Positions 49,408 to 64,000 of a DNA stretch of 64,000 nt are shown in pieces. The notes beneath the pieces were generated by a model, which did no database searches, was not told where the DNA came from, and saw only the letters and a list, made by a program, of their open reading frames with translations. The stretch is from Paraglomus brasilianum (taxonomy: Eukaryota). Location: the NCBI GenBank assembly GCA_910592345.1, contig CAJVPI010000055.1, positions 1 to 64,000 of the forward strand. The letters are read 5' to 3'. The translations under genes were made by a program, and so were the position numbers. Position 1 is the stretch's first letter; each line of letters begins with the position of its first letter.

Positions 49408-50230
49408 ATGGCAAGCAATAATACTATTAAAATCCAATGTATCGCGATAATTGGAAAGCAGGTAAAAAAATATATAATGAGACTCGATAGTTTCGAGTCG
49501 GGATATTGCGCTGGGCATTATCTTGTATGACTAACTATATATCATTCATTTGAGGCTGAGAAGTGTGCTGCTCTGAACCCAAACATTAATTGTCTCATAT
49601 CCCGATTATATTTATCTCACATCTAAAGAACAACCCATTATACGTTCGTAATTTTAGTACGAGACACCCTGACTTAAAGTATCATTATATTGCTCATACA
49701 TCTTGCGATGTGATTGAAGAAAGAGGCAAGTGTTGTCTGTTTCGTGTTTTTGCTGTCGGTATTATGCTTAAGTTATTCATACCGGATTCTGGTACATACA
49801 TCAGTCAGCGCGGCTCCTAAATTGACAGATACTTATCTTGGATTGTTGTATGCTATGGAAGATCTGGCTATGTAAGTAGTGATAATAGCTGTTATTCCCC
49901 CTCCCCTCTGCTGATTTATTAAGTGTCTGTCCTCTATAGATATGGGTGGTTGTCAAATACCAGGGTGAAATTTATAGTGGTTGTAGAAGTGCCCGATATT
50001 GTAATTAAAGATTCTGATATAAAAGCCGTAAGTACGAACGATTCTTTATCAAAGATTAGAAATAAACACAACATCTCATGCTCACATTTTATTACTAGAT
50101 ATTCCGCAAGATACATACGGCATATATAAATCAAGTATGCAACCCATTTTACAACCTCGATGGATCTAAATCAATTGCTAGCAAACGATTTATAAATGCA
50201 ATTGATGCCATTGGAAGAGGAGAAAAATAA
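49408..50230 (+). CDS. TRAPPC2L: TRAPP subunit 2-like (Tca17/TRAPPC2L, sedlin family), 5 exons
   Basis: IQCIAIIGKQ/NNPLYVRNF..LKYHYIAHTSCDVIEER/..YLGLLYAMEDLAI/YGWLSNTRVKFIVVV/IFRKIHTAYINQVCNPFY. Confidence 0.92.
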
Positions 50231-50752
50231 TTTTTAATGGCAGATCTAAACAATGGTACACGCAAACGTTGAAGAGAGTGGTTTCTTTTCGTGACGTAAT
50301 GCTAGTATTAGTAAATGACGTGGCTTTATTAATCAATCTATGGCTGAAGGAAGAAAGAAAACGGCAAAGTATTGAGCATGAGGCAATGGGAGTACTATTT
50401 GTATGATAAGCAAAATATCTATGCTAACTGATTTTATATATTATCGGTAAGCTATATATTTAACGCGTGTTTCAGTACCCTAAATCATGCTCGATACATT
50501 CTTTACATCCTGTTGTCGTAGTCACGATAATTAGAATAATCTCGCTTCAATATCCCAAATTCTCATAACATCCTGTGTCTTATGCCCTATCATCAAGTGC
50601 TCTTAACAATTAGAACTACGCGGCTCAAATATACAAACTTTGTGCTATTATTATGGCGTCTTATTATTATATAATTACATTAATGCCATCGTCACTTCAC
50701 CCAGAGCTCACTTTCCGAAATACTCTTCTCTTTTCCTTCACTCACCGCAACG

Positions 50753-52892
<2,140 letters not shown>

Positions 52893-53042
52893 ATAACAAT
52901 TAGTGTTGGATGTTTAGGTCAGATATAGAAGTGAATATGCTGTTGTTGCGTTAAACAATATGTGAAAACTCTTATGCTTAGGCGAAGGGAGAGGTATGTG
53001 TCTTGTGGAGTAAGGTCATTTGACGCCTGTATATAATACCTG

Positions 53043-54116
53043 ACGCGTCAAATTATGACGGTGAGGACGCGGCGGTGGTTTGTATCAATATAGATATACA
53101 TTTTTGGAAAGATCGCCCATAAATATTCTGTCCCTCGTAATAGTAAGCCCCTTTAGTCTATTTGTTGTTTTCAGTAAAGGGATACTAAACATGACATGTG
53201 TTAAATAAAAAAAGAGTCGAAGAGAAATTACTTATTTAAGAAGAACATGGATATGCTTAATTTTACTTTTACCAATGGCGGAACTTTGACATGTTAACAA
53301 ACCGTTAAAAAGAAGATTATTTTCTCGTAAGACATAATATGTGTAATAAGAATAAGAAACAGTTGATTATACAAAAAGATAGCAATTAATATTAACAAAT
53401 TTTTTCAAAGCAGAAGATATAGTCTGGTTTAAGCGTTCCTGAACTTTTCAAGAAGAGTTTTATCTAAACAACCCATCTTAATCTTTATGTTTGTTTAATA
53501 TAATCCAATTACTAACGCCAAACACAGTATAAATTCCAATCAAACAACAGCCAATCAAGAGAAGTCTACTGTCGTATTAGTATGCAACAGTTAGGTTAAT
53601 TAGAAAGTCTGGCTGCAAAAATTAGATAATTGCTCGGACAATCAAAATAAGCCTCAAGTATAGGCTAAAAGCTGAAAATTTTGTAAATTGCTATGGGATG
53701 TGTACTAAGTGTTATAAATTAGTTTATTGTTACAGTCAACTCTGTCTACACCGGTGCGAGTGGTTTGGCGATTTTTGGCCGTTATAACGAGAGACCGGTA
53801 TATTGTTCAGACGTTATAGGGGGTGGGATTAATATATAATATTTTGGTGCAGCGAAATTGGACCGGCATAAGGCGAAACCGGTATAAAAAGGCCGGTATA
53901 GACAGAGTTGACTGTACTAATAAAATTCCTACTATTGCAAAGAAAGCTTCACCAAAGAAAGTTGAATACTGAATAATAATAATACTATGTTTGACTGCAC
54001 CGCGTGTTTGGATCCATTTTTGCATAAGATTTTCGTAAGACAAGCCCCAACGCCACAAATACAATCGCGTTACATGGCTTAATTCGGAATTTCATCAATG
54101 GGAAATTAAGACGCGT
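53043..54116. promoter_or_regulatory. Divergent WEE1/BUB1 promoter region with MCB-like ACGCGT boxes near each start
   Basis: ACGCGT at 53043-53048 and 54111-54116; near matches at 53067, 54000, 54065. Confidence 0.45.
53733..53914. mobile_element. pogo/Tigger-type MITE, 182 bp
   Basis: TIR CAGTCAACTCTGTCTA(C/T)ACCGG at both ends, TA on both flanks. Confidence 0.93.
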
Positions 54117-54196
54117 CACAGCTAACCCAAACATGAATTATCAATTTATCCATGATTTAATAATAATTACCTAAACATATTTCTCTCACATCCCCC

Positions 54197-58542
<4,346 letters not shown>

Positions 58543-59982
58543 TACAGTATCTAATTAAAAGTTTTAGAAAGTTGAGAAAATATTTTGGTTCGTTATGTGT
58601 TCCATAATAATCAACTTACAAAGTTCCTCCCATCATCATTTCCATTGCTAATAACGATAGCACGCGCTATTCATTAATTGTTTGTTTAGACGGGTATTCG
58701 CGAACGCATTTCCTTCAAAAAAAAATGAGTCAGCTTTTCACAATTGAGTGTTCTACCCTTTCTCTTACTCTGTCCCTATATATTTGATTCTCTGTATGCC
58801 TCTGAGTTTTTTCTATCAACAGCGAAAGTCAAGTAATTTCCGGAGAACAGGGCTTAAAGCGGAGAACAATTCTCAAACACTTTAGCTCGGCTTGAATAAA
58901 TGGCTGCTTCACTTCCGTCTTATCATCTCATATACACTGGGGGAGAAAGTTTATGCGGACGGCTTTTTTTTTTTTTATTATTTATTCCAGCCTTACTTTC
59001 TACACGTCTTTTGGTGTTATCGGTTTTCCCATTTTTATTGATTGCTATTGTGAAATAAAACATTAGTTTTGATAATTTGACCGGAAAATTCCTGCAAATG
59101 GTAAACCGGTACAGACGTTAGCACAAATTCGCTGAGCTTCGGAAAAAAGTGTTCAGGTGGATGCCCGAGAAACGGTTATTTTTAGTTGCGAGTTTTGACT
59201 TGAATACTCGCATAAAATGCGACAACGTGAAATACGAGCTAATTTCTGTTTATTTCCCTAATGCATAAACTCATGCTAATATTAATATTTCTCAATCAGG
59301 AACTTGAACACGAGAATATGTAATGAACTTTCCTGCATTTATACTCAAAGTTTACGTGCATCAAAAAAGATCTTTATATACGATAACATCAAATTTTTCT
59401 ATTGCAAATTATGTACATGATCAGATTCTCGTGACGTGGCATATTTCTCCAAGATAATTCCAAAACCAATACAATGCTTAAACGCATTTACAAATTATAT
59501 AAGGTTAGTGAAAATAGTAAAGCAAAAAAATAACAAACAAAACCAACAAAGTTTGATCAATTGCACATGATCAATATCAAACGAGCGAATGTATCCGCAA
59601 AGTAGAAACAAAGCATGTTTTAAAAAGCCATCACGATGCTAATCCATTTCGGAGCGGTATCATAATTATAAAATAGATAGGCAGATTTTTTATAGTATTT
59701 TGGTGTTTAATTTCTTTATTATCAAATATCTTGTAAAAAGTAATAGAAACAAAACATTAGCTATAGAATTATTTGTGAGTAAAGAAATAATATTAATATA
59801 GCGCTTAGTACTTGTATTAAATAGCCTAGGATCCATGTATTAGTATTCACTCCTCTTCTAAATAAGGCTTTTACTTTATTTTTTTTAAATGCATTGGAAA
59901 AAATAAATTATGCAAATGTATCATTTATTTCGTGATTTATTATTACTTCATTTTATGATTTAAAATAAAAGATATATATACA

Positions 59983-60192
59983 CAGTGAGCTCTCCCTAAG
60001 TGCACGTTGTCGGGACCATAGTAATAGTGAAAAAAAAAAACCAAAAGTGTGCATTTAGAGAGAGTGTGCATTTACAGAGAGCAAAATATATAATGTTCTT
60101 ATAAGCTGGGGCTGAACCATACTATGCATTTATTATTATGGAGAGTTTATATAGTGTGTGCATTTAGGGGTGCACTTAGGGAGAGTTCACTG
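59983..60192. mobile_element. pogo/Tigger-type MITE, 210 bp
   Basis: TIR CAGTGA(G/A)CTCTCCCTAAGTGCAC; internal GTGTGCATTTA repeats; right flank TA, left flank CA. Confidence 0.88.
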
Positions 60193-60356
60193 TACCATAT
60201 ACTAATACATTATAGCTTGCAATAAAAGATTATTTATGCTCTATCTAGCATAATACTACACTATCCTTGATAAAAATAGTCCTAGTTAAGTGATTCACTA
60301 ATAATTGATACACGTATTATAGATCCATATAATTAAAACTATAAAAAAAATTTTCA

Positions 60357-61780
60357 ATCTCCTTTCTTCCTTGCGCAATTTTGGTGATTCATTATCCACG
60401 ATCTCACTTAGGCCAAAATCAATAAAGTAGAAATGGCGACTTTTTGGCTTGCATAGAATATTTTCTCAGAAATATCGTTGTGTAAGACGCCAAAATTATG
60501 CATTGACTTGAGTTGATTGACTATTAATATCTTTTAGTGAGTTTTGTCGGATCAACATTATAGGCGTCCTTAATTATTATAGAGTAAACGTGGAACAGTA
60601 TGACCTAATATCAATATAGTTAATAATATCGGGAATGAAAAAACAACAACAACAACTGTACCTTGACGTTCTTTCAAAATAGAATAAATACGACCTCATG
60701 TTTTAGCATTTTCGTCGTTTCTTGCTCATTATACGCATCGCAGGTCTTCCATGTCACGGATTGACCATCATAATTTCCAAAGGTTCCACCATCTATGTAT
60801 TCACCTGTTGTAGTGATTCCTTTGGAAGATGATGCAGTCACTCTCTTTTTGCTACTGATCCGTTTCGAAGAACTCTTCCTCTTCTTTGAACTGTAATTAT
60901 CAGAAGGAACATGATCACCAACCATCAGAGCCATTATCAGGAAGTTGGATTGGTACTATCAGGATAAACAACACGAGAAACATATAAGCTGGTCGGTTCA
61001 TTTTCCAGTCGTTTGAAAAAGTATGTATCAGAATAGTTTGTCAAAATGCCGAAGTGAAGCCATTTGGCCAAACATCTGAGATAAAATCCTTTTTAAATTT
61101 TGATCCGCTATTTGAACCTGGTCAGCATATCGATAAACTTCCCAGAGGTTATCATTATGACTACCTAACTTCAAATTGTGACGCGTTTTAATCTCCACTG
61201 GCATCTTGGCCACGGTAGGATTATTAGTACAGTCAACCCTCTCTATAGTCACGCTGTCGGGAACAATGCAACTTTTGTTGAAAATGTGCTTATGAAGAGG
61301 TTGTGACTATATAGAGGGTTTTTTCTATAAGTTCAATAGTAATTGGTTCTCAAACATGGCGTGCTTATAAAGAGGTTTTTATATGATGTGCTTATAGAGG
61401 GGGTGACTATAAAGAGGGTTGACTGTACATAAAATGGCATCGGGAACACCCAAACATCTCGGACGAAATGTTGCACCTCCTAGTAGTGTTCTAATTGGCC
61501 ATAAACATTAGAATAAAAACGAATTTTTGCATCGTCCATTAATTTTTCGTTGTCATGGCTGTTTTTCTTGTCTTGTATTAAATAGTTTTATTTATATTGC
61601 TTTATGGTGTGGGTTAGACTTTGTGCATCGGTTGGACGAAGAAACGCCACTCTCCCACAATTTGTGGAGTAAGATACTACAGTTGAATATTAGTCGAATA
61701 TGGAGCTTCCCATATGCAAACTGGGAGAACTTGACTTAGTGATTGGGTCACCTTCAGTGTTTTTTGAAAAGAGGGCTATT
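60357..61780 (-). pseudogene. Crinkler-like PD-(D/E)xK nuclease plus protein-kinase-like pseudogene, interrupted by a MITE
   Basis: GVPDAILC/TNNPTVAKMPVEIKTRHNL nuclease motif, ILSQMFGQMA, kinase-like YIDGGTFG, LKHEV, MHNFGVLHNDI, FYFIDFGLSE in broken frames. Confidence 0.7.
61230..61425. mobile_element. pogo/Tigger-type MITE, 196 bp
   Basis: TIR CAGTCAACCCTCT(C/T)TATAGTCAC, TA on both flanks, internal GTG(A/C)..ATA.AGAGG repeats. Confidence 0.93.
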
Positions 61781-62185
61781 AGATTCAGATTCGCGTACTG
61801 ATTCACGTCATATAGCGTTTCATAAGAAATTCTCCGATTCTAAAAATTGAGTCGATTACTGCAAGTAACTTTAGAGTGAACGAATAACTTTTCCCGTTCA
61901 GGATTCCTGAAGGCCTCACTAGCTTCACTAGCTCTTACGAAATGCAAGCAACATAATTTTCGGTGGGGCTTCACTAAATTTATTTTTGATATTGCATTTC
62001 TCGTACAAATATAACTATCAATTTTTCTATGCAGAATATCGGTAATTGATTGGGTTGGGACAAAGATGAGTTATTGTTGGGATAATGCGTTAGTATAGAC
62101 AGTCGAAATTTCTGCAGGCATTAATATAGAACCATCGCGTAGCAAATCTATGTATCATTGTTTCCTGTATCAACAAACATTCGAA

Positions 62186-62284
62186 ACAAAGTCATACATG
62201 TGATTTCTACGAATGCCGTCATAACTCGTGTACAAAGTCATACATGTGATTTCTACGAATGCCATCAGTAACCCGTGCACAAAG
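62186..62284. repeat. Tandem duplication of a ~46-bp unit
   Basis: acaaagtcatacatgtgatttctacgaatgcc at 62186 and 62232, then a partial acaaag. Confidence 0.9.
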
Positions 62285-62513
62285 CACTTGAACATTGCAT
62301 TGCTTTTGTTTCATCAGACTCCTTTTTTGCCTCCCTCAATAGCTCTCTTGTTCCTTTAGTAGTCGCCATTATTTTCCGCTTATGTTAGTGTGAGAAGAAG
62401 TGTTTGCACATTATTATGCTAAAATACCACACCACATAATACCGAGGCCAATAATTGATGCGTTGACGAACGGACTGTAAAATCAATTTACACCGCAAGC
62501 ACTTGGTGTCTTT

Positions 62514-62514
<1 letters not shown>

Positions 62515-62552
<38 letters not shown>

Positions 62553-62620
62553 GCTGCTGCTGCTGCTGCTGCTCTGTTGTTGCTGTTGCTGTTATTGTTG
62601 TTTGTTTGTTTGTTTGTTTA
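62515..62620. repeat. Compound (TTG)n(CTG)n and (TTTG)n microsatellite, intergenic
   Basis: Direct inspection. Confidence 0.9.
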
Positions 62621-63818
62621 TATTTTCTAGAGCGATCGCAGTCTATCATAAAATAATAAAATTAGACATGCAAAATATTGAACATCTACCACACGCAATT
62701 ACAATATCAATATCGTCTGTTACTATTGTCATAGTGAATCAAACTCTTGTTAATATGCCTTTCTCACCATCATACGGTACCGGTACGATTATTATGTCGA
62801 ACACGATCTTGCTGTGACCGAGTTGGTTCCAAGAAAAGGCATCAATCGACTTCAATCTATCAAGATCGGGAGTGACGATCGATGTATATGTGCACATGGA
62901 TTTCTACGGCACAGCGTCAGGTATCGTGACGCGACTGAACCATTAACCGTTGAGACCATACCTGTTCACTGTCACGTCACTGTCCCATGACGAATCTATA
63001 TTATCATCCCCTCCCTCGCACACGAGATTCACTTTCTATCAATTATACTATTCAGTCCCACTATCAGTGATGTTATACGTGAGTTTCACATGATCCGCGC
63101 TCAAACTCCGCTCTAACCAGTTATCAGTTTAAAAAAAAAAACAACGTTCGCCTAAGCACTCTCACTCACCCTTGAACTTTTTTTCCCCCCAGCCGTATTT
63201 CGTTATCGCTTCTTTGTTCTTTGTCCTCCTCCCCCATAAGTATACAACGACGTCATTTGCTGTCCAAGAAATATATGTTCACTGCCTGAATTTCATTGCT
63301 CACATAGTGCACCAGTCCGTTTGATCCCGGTAATGCTGGGCCAAATATGTAGATTTTTAGCAACTATGAAGTCGCTTCTGCGGTATAAATGTAAGTAGGT
63401 TGGTACGGTTTATGGTTGTTATGATAATTGATTGGATATTAATATGTTGGGATGTGGTATATTGGTGTGGTTGTAGTTGGTCGGTACTTTTGCGATTACG
63501 ATGCGGCGACGCTAACATATAACGGACAGCTTCAACGGATAGCTAGCTTTTAATACAGAGGCTTGCAGACTTAGTTCGATGGTTCGTGCGGCCGCGACGT
63601 TCTTCGTCTATGCTCGTGCATGACTATCGCTCGGAACTTTTTATTCACAACGGGTTGCATATGGGCAGCGAGAGATATACTGTATGGGAGTTGTCACGTG
63701 AGCAAAAAAAGTCTGCATGCAGACGGCAAGGGGATCGCACTACAGCATTACAAGCATCAAAGGCAGCACAGTGGCAGGTTGTTTACCATATTTGAGAATT
63801 GAGCAAGATTACGCAACG

Positions 63819-63878
63819 ATGGGAGAGAATGGAACCGCGAAGGACCGCGCGAAAGAATTTCATGAAGTGTTGAAGAAA
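63819..63878 (+). CDS. Probable first coding exon of a gene running off the window end
   Basis: ACGATGG start context, MGENGTAKDRAKEFHEVLKK followed by donor GTAAGA; upstream pyrimidine-rich region and a clean intron at 63391-63529. Confidence 0.45.
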
Positions 63879-64000
63879 GTAAGAGTAGAGCATAGTTGAG
63901 TGTGTAGTAAGATTAGTAATCGTATGAATAAGTTGATAGACAGTCTTTTTAATGATGAATGCTTTCTCTTTCATATTAAATATGTGCTAAGTATTTTTTT

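Noticed and set aside
62503..62817. 104-aa ORF with poly-Leu/Cys resembling a signal peptide
   Set aside because: Produced by a (TTG)n(CTG)n microsatellite, non-ATG start, no motif
63270..63350. TTTGATCCCGGTAATGCTGGG resembles the P4/P5 arm of a TPP riboswitch near a 5'-UTR intron
   Set aside because: No upstream CTGAGA pyrimidine-sensor motif and no GCG after P5; not supportable without an Infernal RF00059 hit
63586..63899. Overlapping short ORFs suggesting an antizyme-type +1 frameshift
   Set aside because: No recognisable antizyme ORF1 end or ORF2 similarity; better explained as uORFs

Overview
Eukaryotic, intron-rich, AT-rich fungal genomic DNA. Gene content (BTB-BACK-TLDc, MATH-BTB, F-box proteins, Crinkler-like nuclease/kinase relics, pogo relics) points to a Glomeromycotina/Mucoromycota-type genome; this is inference, not a taxonomic identification. 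About 19 apparently intact protein-coding genes were reconstructed by hand from splice signals: BTB-TLDc, a secreted protein, F-box/LRR, mito bL19, an ENT nucleoside transporter, F-box-ankyrin, HSBP1, cytosolic LeuRS, a UPF0449-like protein, MDM35, PIG-C/GPI2, a GRE2/DFR-like reductase, MATH-BTB, a CLC channel, SAS10/UTP3, an acidic-tail helical protein, profilin, TRAPPC2L, WEE1 and BUB1. They are separated by patches of decayed pogo, Tc1 and Sola-like transposons, three MITEs, and virus-like or Crinkler-like pseudogenes. Notable points: an AT-AC (U12 minor-spliceosome) intron in the CLC gene; a cleanly spliced 305-aa SAS10/UTP3 that appears to lack the central C1D domain; a ~170-codon duplicated polyQ/H insert in BUB1; a head-to-head WEE1/BUB1 pair with MCB-like motifs; two GC-AG introns and micro-exons; a MITE whose excision restores a PD-(D/E)xK motif. 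No rRNA, tRNA or CRISPR array was recognised. I found no clearly new multi-gene system. All family calls are by motif recognition without database searches, and relic boundaries are approximate.
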